Shown: piece by piece, positions 37,990 through 64,000 of the stretch
Position numbering within the stretch: position 1 is the stretch's first letter
How the letters are laid out: each line of letters begins with the position of its first letter
Assembly (NCBI GenBank): GCA_001643675.2
Contig: LSRY02000010.1
Coordinates: 930,001 to 994,000 of the forward strand
Direction: 5' to 3'
Origin: Monocercomonoides exilis PA203
Lineage: Eukaryota; Protista; Preaxostyla
Length of the DNA: 64,000 bases
Made by a program: the position numbers and the translations under genes
Notes under the pieces: model-generated
The model's database searches: none
The model's input: the letters and a program-made list of their open reading frames with translations, nothing else
What the model was told of the DNA's origin: nothing

Positions 37990-38531
37990 ATGAATAGGTT
38001 TTTGAAGCAACCACAAGAATTTTCCGAATCGAAGGAAATGAAATTGTTAAGTTCCATTCGATTGTTCATAGATATAAAATGCATACAAGAAATAATACAG
38101 ATAATTGTACCTTCAGATTCGACAGTTATCGATATGATAAGTATTTTTTCTGAAACTTTTAAAGAAGAGCCAGGTATTCATAATATTTAAACAATTATGA
38201 TTATTTTTTTATAGAATGATTTATTTTCACAGCTTTATCCATGTACATATTACCAAAGTCAGAGTCGCTTTTGTTTTCTTTTAGGAATAAATCACTCCCA
38301 AAAGATGAAAGTAAACTTCAAGAACTCGGAATACAAAATCAGGGATCTGTTATAACCCTTCATACCCCTCTTTGTCTAAAAAGCGATGAGAATTTTCATA
38401 TTTCGGAACAAAATCAAACTTGCTGCTCTTTGTTGTCGAAGCTGTTTTGCTTCTGCCATCATCACTCAAACAGCAAAGAGAGAGGACGAAATGATTATAT
38501 GATACTACAAAATGTTGATGATAATCATTGA
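37990..38531 (+). CDS. Small ubiquitin-like-fold protein with Cys-rich C-terminal segment; exons 37990-38173 and 38233-38531
   Basis: Intron 38174-38232 restores the frame. The pattern IRLFIDI...IIVPSDSTVIDMI...LLFSFRNKSLPKDESKLQELGIQNQGSVITLH fits a beta-grasp/Ubl fold. Confidence 0.6.
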
Positions 38532-38903
38532 AATATTAAGGATGTTACTAACCATTTGATTGAAATTAGAATGTTTTCATTCTTTATTTAGAAAATTTAG
38601 ATTTAGGAAATAATAACTTTTTATCAATTATTTCTACAACAGTTTTTATTGTGCTTGATGACTATGTAATTTAATAAATTTCTTTTAGTAATTTTAGTTA
38701 GTCTTTTTATTTTTAATTTATTTTAATTTTATTTTTGGTTTAGTTATTCTTTCGGAGAGTTATTTGAATGCTTAAAAAATACTTTGTTTTATTAAAGTTT
38801 GGGGGAAATTTTTTGACTTAAAAATTTCAAACAAATTAAATAAAACAAAATGAAGATATTAATAATATAATGGGCCAATTGGGATAATTTTTTAACTATT
38901 TTG

Positions 38904-39997
38904 ATGTTTGGAGCTACGAATCCTTTCGCATCACCATCTACAACCACAAATCCTTTTGCTACAACAAACACTTCCACTAATCCATTTGCTACGGCTGCTT
39001 CCACAAATCCATTTGCAACGCCATCAACATCAACTAATCCTTTTCTTTCCACTACAACAAATCCTTTTGCATCAAACTCTACTACAAATCCATTTGCACC
39101 TCAAAAAAGTCAGACTCAACTTCCATCAATTCCACTTGGAATGTTTAAAGTCCAAGATCTTCAAGATAAAAAATTAATTCTTGATACTCATGCGAAACTT
39201 AAGCAACAGCTTCAACTTTCTATTGAAATTGATGAAATGCTGCGACAAGAGAGAAAGATAGCTGATGAAGTGGATGAGCTAATGGGGCCGATTGCAACAG
39301 TTTTGTCATTTATTGAATTATTTTTGTTCAAGTAATTTTTGAATATTCTAGAAAAGTGCCACAATGAAAACAGACGCCAAAGGAGAAAAACAGAAAATAC
39401 GGCAACTGGAGAGATTAATCCATGTTGAAAATAAAAATGTCGATGGTATTTTGAGAATTCTTGAAAGAATGAAACAACCAAACTTTCACGACGAAATTGT
39501 GCGGAATGGTACAAGCCAAGCAGTTCAGTATGAATTTTTATTATTGTCTTTTGCTTTTTTGCGGAATAAGCGTTTTTTATTTTACCATTCTACTTCACAG
39601 ATTTTTTGTTGAACTTACAAAAATATTTGAAAAAAAGATGAAAACTTTTCAATCTGATTTGCAGGGTCTTGAACAACAAATTACCGATGCGGAAGACGGA
39701 GATTTTCAACACAGCGGAGATGGTATGGAGCGATTATTTTTTCTGTTTATAATTTTTTGAACACTATTTTCTGCTCATTTTAATACATAATATTTCTATT
39801 TTTCCTAAGATTTATCACATCTGGTTGAAAAAACAACAATGAAACTTGTTAATGTAGCATCATCAGTTGCAACACTTCACGAATCCGTCTCTGTCGAGAA
39901 AGAAAGACTTATCGTGATGCTGAGGAAACATTGGAAAGGAACAAGCGTTCAACTTGTGAAAATGCTGGAGGAACTTACAGACGACGATAGCATTTAA
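38904..39997 (+). CDS. Nup58/Nup49-like central-channel nucleoporin; 4 exons; N-terminal (T)NPF repeats
   Basis: Exons 38904-39299, 39352-39527, 39601-39722, 39810-39997. Thr/Ser-rich repeat N-terminus followed by coiled coils. QFFVELTKIFEKKMKTFQSDLQGLEQQI and MKLVNVASSVATLHESVSVEKERL resemble the two conserved Nup58 helices. Confidence 0.65.
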
Positions 39998-40448
39998 GCA
40001 CAGAAACAAAGAACTCACAGCAACGAAAAGCCGTTTTTTCTGAATATACACACCCAATTTACTTCACTTCACGTCATTTCACTTTGCTTATTTATCTCTT
40101 AATGGCTAAAAGATAATTTCATTTCATTTCATAAATATTCATTTCAATTTTGCACTGATTTTTTCTTTTGTTAAGCATTTTTATTTGGAAACAAAAAGAA
40201 AAAAAAAATCGATGCAAACAAAACAGTTCACAAAATAATATCATTTTTTCTATTTTTCAAATAAACTTATTTCACACTGAAAGCAAACTGAATGACATTT
40301 CCCATCAATTCAAGAAAACGGAAAAGGCAATCACATTTTGTTGAAAAAAACAAAATATAAAACAATCAAAAAACTTACAATTCATTTCAGTAAGAATAAC
40401 AATCATTTTAATTTATCAACATAAAACGACAACGTCCCCTTTAACAAT

Positions 40449-41639
40449 TCATCCAACAGTATGAAAAGCCAGCACTTTCAAACTTCCTGCAGCAAATGAA
40501 AAATCCACAGATGAGAGCAAAGGATCGCTCTGCCCATTGATAAGTTGAATGGAAAGATTCTTTTGCCCTGAAAAGTTTGACAATGTTGGAATATCAAGAC
40601 CGCTTCCGATAACGTGCAACGATTGCTCTGAAAGCTGATCACATTTGTCCGTCGCATGATCTGTTGGAAAGATATTAATCCAAAGAAAAAATTATGTTTG
40701 ATAGAATGTGATTTTGATTCATAAAATTTGAATGCTGTTAAAAAAAAATGCAAACCTTTAATTATAAAAACAAGCGGAATCCAATTCGAATAAATATAAT
40801 AATTCCTCAGAGTAGCATCATATGGAAGGGTCTCAGAAATTATAAACTTCACATCTGGAATTCTCTTTTTCAAGGTTGAAAAAGATTTTTCCGCCATGCA
40901 CTCAGATTGTAAATAACAATCAGATTCCGCATTATCATCAATTCTAGAATGCTCTGAAACTGCTTCTTCTTTTTCTTCTTTCATTGCAAATTCTTTTGAG
41001 GATTGATCCTCAGAACTTTTTTGGAATGAAGCTTGCTTGTTAAGAAATCTAGTTGTGTCTTCTAATAATCCTAATGTTTTTGCCATTTTTGCATTTTTCG
41101 GGGAAAATCCTTGATATCTTCTTGAGGAATGACTTCCGGATTTCCCAAAAGTTGGTTGGATGCCAGAACTTTGATCTTGAGAAAATAGATACGAAAAATC
41201 ATCAATTATAATTGTTGAAGGTAATAATTCCTCTGGAAAGTGCTGAAGTTGTGAAAGAAATTCTCGTAGTTCAGTGTCATTTTGTATGTAATATATAAGT
41301 ATTTTTGACAAAACATCTGAATCCAGTGGAATACCTTCAGATAAGCTTGGAGGATAATAATGAATAGATTTTGTTGGAGAAATGAAAACAACAACTTTGC
41401 CTTCACGAGCCATGTTAATTGCTAATTGAAATAACAATGATGTTTTACCACTTTCAAAATTTGCATTTATATTAAAATTCTAAAATATTACTTTTAAAAA
41501 CAGTTTTATAAAACCTCTTTTCGCAACCATACAAAATTGCTCCATGTGCTGCATATCTGTACATAGCATTTTCTTTCAATGCATCAGAAAGTAATTTGTC
41601 ATTTGTATAAAAAAATTCGCTCAAACAAAAACCAGACAT
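40449..41639 (-). CDS. RecA/RAD51-paralogue ATPase, SWSAP1-like; 3 exons
   Basis: Splicing reconstitutes Walker A ILYGCEKSGKTSLLFQLA. It is followed by VVFIS, LDSDVLSKILIYY...ELREFLSQL and Walker B PSTIIIDD, collinear with SWSAP1. Confidence 0.75.
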
Positions 41640-41953
41640 AACATTTATGTATTTATGGGAATGGCGTATTCAAAAATTTTAATTATTTTTTTATTTTCGA
41701 ATTGAACTTTTTTTATTCTCATTCGTTTTCGCAGAGATGATTAAATGTTCTTTTGCGATTTAAAAAAAAGTTGAACCAAAATACATAAATTATTTAATTT
41801 ATTGTTGATTTTCTTTTTGAATAGGTTTGTTATTTGGGAAACTGTACATTTGCCAAATTGTTAATTAATTTATTTTTATAAATTTCTTTGTTTTTTATAA
41901 AATTATTCTTTGCCTTTTTATCTATCTCACCGCTTTTATAAGTTCATTTGATC

Positions 41954-56039
<14,086 letters not shown>

Positions 56040-56963
56040 AATTCTTGTTTTATTAAAAAGAAAGAAAGAAAGAAAAGTTGATAATTTGTGTTTTATGTTT
56101 ACATGGGAACTTATCAAATTTGAATAATAGGACAATTTTATTTTATTTTTTTTTTCTAAACTTTAATTTTTGATGATATTGTTTTAAATCTTTTTTTGAT
56201 TGATTTTATATGCTCTGTTCTATTATGATTATGATTATTACTATGTTGGTTTGTATTTTTGTATAGATGTTGTTGTATGTATGAAGTGCTAAAACCAGCA
56301 TTCCAAAAAGAAATCTTTTTTTAACTGATCTTCGTTATCCTTTTTATTTTATTAACTTTTAAATTTTTGATTTTTTTTTTACCTTTTCATTCCAAATTCA
56401 AGGTGTTTTTTTTATGTGTTATTGTCTTTTATTTTCAACGATGTATTATTTAATCATCAGATCACTGTTTTAATACTTTATCAGCTATCAACTTTTTTTT
56501 CATTACTTAATAATTTTTTTATTTTATTTTATTTTTTTTCAATTGCTTTTATGTTTCTTCAGTTATTGTCAAGGCAATTCGATATCTTTTTTTAATTGAG
56601 ATGGCTTGTTACATGTCTCTTCTATTGTATTATTATTTTTTGATGCCGTTTTATCAACTTTGTTTCGATTGTGATTTGAATGTGCAATTAAGTGATCCAA
56701 AGTCCTCTGATATATAATTCTGTTTTTTTGTATAAAACGAGAAAACAGAGTTATGGAACCTTTTTTTATTAAAATTGAAAATTTTCGAATTTAACAAGTT
56801 CGTTTTATGGCAATTCTAGGTTAATTTGTCTTCTTCGCCTGCCTGAAAGCTTTTCTTTTTCCCCAATTTCCGTTTCCATGTATTATTTTTTCAGAGCATC
56901 TTAGACAATTTTTCAAATCATTTTTTAAAACTTCTTTCATTTTGTTTCAATTCATCTTGTTCG

Positions 56964-57008
<45 letters not shown>

Positions 57009-57425
57009 GGATCATTCTGCGAAAATAGCAGAAAACAGTCATATTGCATTCCTTTAAAAAAAAGTTCATTTGAATATAAAAAAAGAATAAAATTTATCTT
57101 TGAAAAGATTCTCTATAAACAACAAATAACAAGCTCTTAATCTGTCTAAACTATTGGTAAATGATGCACCGTGCAATGTTTACAAAACACAAACAAGTTG
57201 GTAAAGAGGGGAGAAGGCTTGAGCTCAAGAAATAATTAAAAAAACTACAACAACAAAAACAAAACACAACAACAACAAAAAAAAAAAAAAAAGAGGCGTA
57301 TGTTGAATAATAATTCTCAAAATAATAGAAAATGAAAAATAAATGACAGAAGAAAAATTTGATTAACAACAAAAAGAAAAGAATATAAAAATCAATGCGA
57401 GCAATCTCGTGTAAACTCTAAAAAT

Positions 57426-57972
57426 TTAAGGCACATATGTTTGCCCAGGCTGATAATTGCCATAAGAATAAGAAGGAGCACCCGAATAGTACTGTCCAGA
57501 ACCTTGCTGTGCAGGGTAATGCATTGTCGCTGGAGGCGCGCTTGGGTCAATCATATTCGACACATACGAAATGGTCTGCGGAATGTACTGCATCGAGGAT
57601 GGATCTTGTGGCAGCGTCGGTGGGATGAACCCGTTCTGACAGTTTGGATCGTTAAATCCAACATTCTGCGCTCCGTTCCCAGGATGTATATCTTCTGGCT
57701 CATCTTTCTCAGAAGCTGGATCTCTTTCATCTTCTTTGTTTCCTTCTGCACTTGGGAATGGGGTTGAAGGATGTGCAGCATTATTTGGAATGTTGTTGAG
57801 AGGAACGCTCGGAGGATACTGTGGTTGCTGTTGCATCTGAGATGCATTCATTGGTGCATTTGAATCGTTACCTCCTCCATTGCTTCCAGTTGATGCGTTG
57901 TTTGCTGGTGGAGTGTATGTTGAAGGATAAGAGGATGTAACCATATTACTTGTGTAAGAAGAAGAAGAAGAA

Positions 57973-58004
<32 letters not shown>

Positions 58005-61001
58005 CATTGGCGTATACATGTTTCTTTGTCTGGTGCTGTTCAGTTTTGCAGAGCTTAACGAGGCGCAAGTGCAGCGCAGAGCAATGCAACTGATAATAAA
58101 GCAGATGATCAGAACAACCAGCGCCACAATGTAGGCTGAGTTGACTTTGGCAGGATCTCCTTTATTCTTTTTGCTTTCACTCGGATCATCTGGAACAACC
58201 GGCCCTGTTGAGTTCAAATAGGCTCCTGTGCTATACCACTTATTACCTATTCCATAATAAATCGAAACGCCGATGCGATCATCGCTATTTCTGAGGTTCA
58301 AAGCATAATGAGAAACAACAGCTTCTACATGAGTCAGGTCATGATACTTTGAAATATCAAATCTGTAGGCGCCATCCGTTTTATTATCCTTGTTTATCCT
58401 TCGAATATAAGCTTGAGTTTTGCATGGATAGAAATCGTGCCCATAAATAGACAACAAGTATTCTCCTGAATCAAGCTCAGATACGTTGCAGCTTGTTACG
58501 ACTGGCTCAAAGAAAGAATTAGAAAGCAGTTTTGGATCATCTGAACTTGTTGCATTCACATCTCCTTTGACATTGCAAGAATAGTCATAGATCCACAAAT
58601 TTGTGCCGTTTGTACCGTCTCCTGAAATCGGCTTGTAGATGTATATGTCACCGGTGTTCGAGTAACTCACTCTACACACTATGTTACGTCTCATCATTGG
58701 ATAACCTGGAATACCTGGATTGTTGTTTTCCATGATGCATTGCCTCATTGTCAGGTTTCCCTCAAAGAATTTTAACGCTCCTTTTGAGCAGTTTGTGAAT
58801 GAGGATGAAGTGATAAGAGTATTGGAGTATTCCAATGAGATCAATCCTGTACCCCATTCGCACGTTTCTTCTAAAGCAGAACCGCTTGTCAACTCTCCAA
58901 CAACAACAGAATCATGGACATTCACAGACGCTGAATATGCATAAACCAGTCTTCCATTATCTGTTGTTATTGAACAGTTTTTCATGGTGCATCCTTCGAG
59001 GGATAATGTGCTTTTCTGTGATGCTTCGATCATATATGTAGAACCTTGAACAGAAAGATTACAGAATAAGCATCTGGAGAACTTAGCAATTGAGGAATAA
59101 GTGTTAGCTATCATTGTTTTTGTCCAGGAGCACTTATTAATTGTGCTATCTGAGATCTCCAAATTCCCATCGTTTTCGATTAATCCAGTGACGATGCAAT
59201 TTTCATCATTTATAACACTTCTTGCAGAGATTGGTTTTGAATAACTTGATGAAGCAGATGCAATCAATGACTGAGAAGAACCAGATGAAATAAAAGTACA
59301 GTTTTGAATGTTTAGAGATCCGTTTATTTTCACTTGAATTAAATAGGCTCCATAATTATTCCCGGCGCCATCTTTAAATGAAGCAGAAATAGACATTCTG
59401 CGAACTGTTGAGCTGCCATTGATAATCAATTTACCGCGCGAATCTTCCGCGTTGAAATAAAAGTTCAATGTCGCTCTTTCAAAAGATTTGGAACTGAGAA
59501 TATCAACATTTCCGAGCGAAATGTTGGTTTTGCACGCAATTGTGTTTTGAGCCACAATTGCAGGAGATCCTTGCGAAGCTGCAGCGAAGACTGCGTTGTT
59601 ATCGAGTGAATTCGAGTTTGACGCTGATGATATTTGCCTCAGAGCAAATGTCAATGATTGACACGCAAGGTTTGCGTCCCCACATATGGCACTATCTATT
59701 CCTGTTTCCTCATCGCAAAAAACGGTTGTTCTTTTTGGTTTTATTAAAGCAAGCAGATCAAAAGAGGTGTTGGTGGCTCTGCTCTTCCCCATAACTGCTG
59801 TTGCATAATTTCTTTCTCCCTTTGCATCAATGTCCAGTTTCCACGAAACAATTGTGCGATTCAAATCGTTGCATTCAATAAAAACTGCTGAGCCATAAGT
59901 TGCATTATTACCACTAAATGTTGCTGAATTGAAGCAAAAATCTCCTGTTGGATCATCAAACCATAAATAAACTCCTCCTCCATAAGTGTTGTAATAATAT
60001 CCTTGATTCACAACACAATTTGTCACTTTGCTATTCGTCATCTTAAATTCTGAAAAAGGTTTAAGAATCAAAAGCATTCCTCCTCCATACGTTGTGTTAC
60101 TGCTTCGTAATTCTGATAATGTGCAGTTTTTGATATCTGCATTTATCTTTTCTTCTGATAAACTTTGAGAAGGTTCATCTTTTGAACCAAATAATACTCC
60201 ACATACAGATTTTGTAGATATGCTTGTTAAAATCGTATTAACAAAGGTTAAGCTAATTGAAGAAATATTAGATGAAGTAGTTTCAACGATATGTTTCCCA
60301 GATAAATAAAAATTCTTAATTGTTGAGTTTTCTATCTTTAATGAACCACAGTTCATCAAAAAAAGCGGAGTTGAAAAAGGTGTAGATTCGTTATGTTGTT
60401 CATTTGATTTAATTGTAACAAAATTGAGATCTACTGATCCAAATTCAGTTGTTGATGGAGATTCGATTTTAAACAATACCGAAGTGCGTGCCGCTACTTC
60501 AGTAGAATCATGAACAATAGTCAAATTCGTTGCAACAAGTTTTCCTGTAGTTATATTAAACAGAGATGTTGATGCTTTCTGATTTAGTGTGGATATCACA
60601 ACTTTCGACTGGGCTTCTCCTTTCACCAAAACAGATTTTGCTAATATTTCAATAACAATTTCTTCTTGATAAGTTCCAGAGTTCACAATTAATGAAATAT
60701 CTTCTGATGTTTCTGTATTCTGAACTGCAAATGTAATTGTTCTGCATGGTGAATTTTGCTGGCCACAATTGCTATTCACATCAGATCCACGAGATGAATC
60801 AATAACTTTTGTTAATTCATTTGATGGATGTAGATTCGTAAATGTGTCAACATAAACTTCTTCAAAAGGAATTGTGAGAGAGACGCAATTTGAAAAAGGC
60901 AGTGTTTCTTTGAACTTCGTATCATTTTCGTTTTCTAATGCAAATATGTTGTTCAAAGCAAAAAGTTGTACAATGAGATATCCAAATATCCGAAAGCCCA
61001 T
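57426..61001 (-). CDS. Type-I membrane surface protein with pectin-lyase-like/parallel beta-helix ectodomain, 1191 aa, single exon
   Basis: Signal-peptide-like N-terminus. Two G-x-D-x(3,4)-CG-x4-C-x-T caps (GSDVNSNCGQQNSPCRTI; GIDSAICGDANLACQSL) and YGGG/FxxN motifs. TM segment AYIVALVVLIICFIISCIAL, then a Pro/Gln/Tyr-rich cytoplasmic tail. Confidence 0.8.
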
Positions 61002-61666
61002 TCGTTTCAGATGAAGATCTAAATACTGCGATAATAAATATTATTATGGGTAAACTTTTTGAGTTTTGTGAATTATTCAAATAAAAAAATTGCGAAGGAA
61101 AATGGAAGATTGAATTATTTCTTTAATCTGTCATATTTATCAAAACCTACCATCTTATTTGGAGTTGAAAATCTAGTTTTCAATTTTGCTTTTCATCATT
61201 TCTTTTTTTATTTATTATTGTTATTTATTAATTCATTCTTTTCTTTCTTTCTTTATCTATTATTATTTGATAAATTTTATACACAAAAGTGTTTTGTCTT
61301 TTTATTCAAATAAATGTTCATTAGAAATAATGCTTTTTGAATGATATTTCGTCTTCTTTGATATCAAATTGGTAATAATGATCAAAAAGCTGAAATAAAG
61401 TTGACGAAACTCATTTCAAATAAAATTGAAATGGCACCATTAAAAGAACGGAATCAAATTGCAGAATTGTTTGAAATAAATTTATTCCAGACGTTCCCAT
61501 ATTTTCCTGTCTTGCCAATATGTGATGTTCACTAAATGTTCTCTTATTTTTTAACAATGAATAATTTATCTTCAAATATATTTTTCGATCATGGAATCCA
61601 TTACAAATTAAAAGGAAAATCGAAAAAGCGTTGTTTTTTTTCTAAATTACTTATAAAAAAATACAA

Positions 61667-63239
61667 ATGCAAAAAATGAAGGTATGAGTGCACATATCTT
61701 CACTATTGTTTTGAATTAAAAATACACCCACGTCTTTTCAAACATATGCAAATTCAATGTGAATATCAAAATCATATCGTTTTCTTTCCGAAATACGTTT
61801 TCGAGAAAGCAGGAGACGAATAACACAAAAAAGTTCACTGGTATGCAGGGATAGAAGATGAAAATTTTTGATGGTTATGACTTTTCAATTTTCATTTGTT
61901 TTCAGAGTTGTTTTCCCAGTTGGGCAATGACTCAGCCGATGATCAGAAACAGAAAGTCGAAGAAATGAAAGAAGTGATTAATGAAATGGATGAAGAAGAG
62001 TTCAAATCTGTTTTCACGAAAGAGCTGCTCAATGAAATGGACAAAATGATTAAAGAAAGGATGCTTTTGATGGGGAATGCAATTTTGCTACTGAAGCGTA
62101 TTAGATATTGTAATGTGCTGAAAAATATATGGATTCCATGCTTTGAAGAATCTTCATTGAATAAAAGATTTAAAAAGATGATTATTGAAGAAGATATGAA
62201 AAAAGATGGGAAAAATGAGAAGCTTCTTGTTGATCTTTGTGAATGCTATCTAACTCTTGATAAATGCTTCTCATATGAATTGCTTTTGATTTGCATGCTT
62301 TCTATTCTGAAAGCTGCATCAGACAAAGAGGAAACCGACGAAGTTCAAAAAGAAGTGGAAATGGCTTTGTTGGAACTGAGCAGTCTTGGGATGTGGAAGG
62401 TTAGATTTATTTGTTGATTGATTTTTAAATTGTCATTCTTCATTTATTGATATTTTTCTAATTTTTATTAGAAAATAGATCAAGAGCTGTATTTGAATGA
62501 GATCAAAGAGATAATCCAATATCATCAAGAGCACAGAAATCTCACTTATCTTGCCTATCAATCTGCTTGGGAATTTTTGATAAAAAGATTACGTCTCAAT
62601 GAAAATTTGAATGAAGTTCTTGCGAATGAACTGCATTCTGGAAGAGAGGCAGCAAGAGAATTGGAAGAGCTGTCAAAATGTGTCGACTGGAAGAGAAAAG
62701 AAGAAAAAAATGGAAGAATAGAAGCGAAAGAAGTGATAATAATTGGGAGATGGATTGATATTGTTGACAATTACTTGACCTGGTCCGCATTGTGGAACGA
62801 AGAACTTGCTGGACTTATCAGCAGCATTGTTCAGTTATTTCGAGCTTCAAGGGATAATTACAGAGAAATTAGCTATCGATGCATTGTGTTGTTCAAAAAT
62901 ACTGCAACAAACGGAGTTGTGAAAATTGAAGGATTATTGGAAAGTGGTGCTTTTGATCTCATTTTGGAGGAGCTTCAACAATCAACAATGGATTTCATAA
63001 CAACATTTAATGGATTGTTATTTTTTATTAAGTTAACGAGGAGATTAAATGAAGAGGAGGATGAAAAAATGGAAAAAGAGAAAAGAAAAGAATTGAAAAG
63101 AAAAGTGCTTGAACGGATGGAAGAAGAAGGATACGAAGACATCATCATCAGCTTTCATGAAGTACTGAATTTTCATATATATCAACGTTTTTATTACGGA
63201 TTATCGTTGAATATTTCTGATTATTTTGTGAATGTTTAA
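61667..63239 (+). CDS. Uncharacterised helical protein of a lineage-expanded family; exons 61667-61681, 61813-61840, 61906-62399, 62472-63239
   Basis: GT-AG introns give MQKMKETNNTKKFTELFSQL...EEVQKEVEMALL-like...YLNEIKEIIQYHQEHRNLT.LAYQSAW...ERMEEEGYED. From memory it resembles a large hypothetical family of Monocercomonoides. The two 5' micro-exons are less certain. Confidence 0.7.
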
Positions 63240-63540
63240 GAAAATGAAATTTGAAGAATTTCATAACACAAAATGTTTATTTTTCTTTTTATCATGTTGC
63301 AAAATCGAAAATAATCATATGAATAAATTATTTTCAAATTAATCATTGTCTCACTTCATTTTGATGAAATGCAGGAAAAAAGAGAATTAAAATGCCTTCC
63401 ATTCTCTTCTTTTTCAAATGGTTTGTTTGTTCATCAAGTTTCACGAGGCAAAAATCAGTGGTCACTTTTTCATTCATCTTCTCCAGCAGCCTCTTCTCTG
63501 ATTCTTTGGAAGATTAGTTGCTATTCATCTTCTTCCTTCT

Positions 63541-63575
<35 letters not shown>

Positions 63576-64000
63576 TAATAATACGTAATATCAAAGAAAC
63601 AAAGATGTGATATCAAAACGCACAGATAAAATAACTGGTTTTGTGAGATTAACGAGGTTGAAAAGTGAAGTTAATTTCTTTTTTCAACCAGTAGGCTTGT
63701 TGTTGCTTCTCGACCGCATTAGCTAACTTTCTCTTTCTGTTTCGCCTTCCAATGAACATCGTCAAATAATCAACAGAAATATAACATTTATAGACCATTT
63801 CGAATAAGCTAGAAAAAAGAAGATTTCACCAAAAATGAAGATTACTATGAAATACCTTTTACGAAATTGTCTGAAATATTCAATAGAAAAATATTTTCCT
63901 ACCCTTTTCATTATTCTTTTACTGTTTTGCTTCTTCTGAAAACAAAAATACGTTTTGACAGGAGTTTAAAAAACTATTCTTTTTAAAATTCGTAGACACA

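Noticed and set aside
56965-57006. Long poly-A as a retroposon tail (also 27747-27783 and poly-T 63544-63573)
   Set aside because: No target-site duplication or element body found; homopolymers are common here.

Overview
Eukaryotic, intron-containing genomic DNA in the standard genetic code (genes end in TAA or TGA). It has very AT-rich introns and intergenic DNA and Ser-rich low-complexity proteins. The gene families resemble an oxymonad such as Monocercomonoides; this is an inference, not verified. In order, the window holds: a 5'-truncated Ser/Pro-rich gene; a ~6771-aa USP9/24/34-type deubiquitinase with an intact catalytic site and a 20-kb exon; a 1008-bp near-perfect palindromic (foldback) element; a small unknown gene; an intron-containing bacterial-type 1-phosphofructokinase-family (PfkB) kinase head-to-head with a multipass membrane protein; a C2HC zinc-finger gene; a ~3-kb nest of MITE-like elements; tRNA-Val(AAC); a ubiquitin-like protein; a Nup58/Nup49-like nucleoporin with NPF instead of FG repeats; a SWSAP1-like RAD51 paralogue; a ~4079-aa USP20/33-like protein with both catalytic residues replaced (pseudo-DUB); a beta-helix type-I surface protein; and a member of a lineage-expanded helical protein family. 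The most unusual structure is the MITE nest at 34.6-37.6 kb. There, ~240-270 bp G...C-terminated elements sit chained and nested at ATAT duplications, so that insertions recreate CATATG junctions. One of them carries a Tc1/mariner-type MITE whose empty site is visible in a sibling copy. All exon models and alignments were read by eye.
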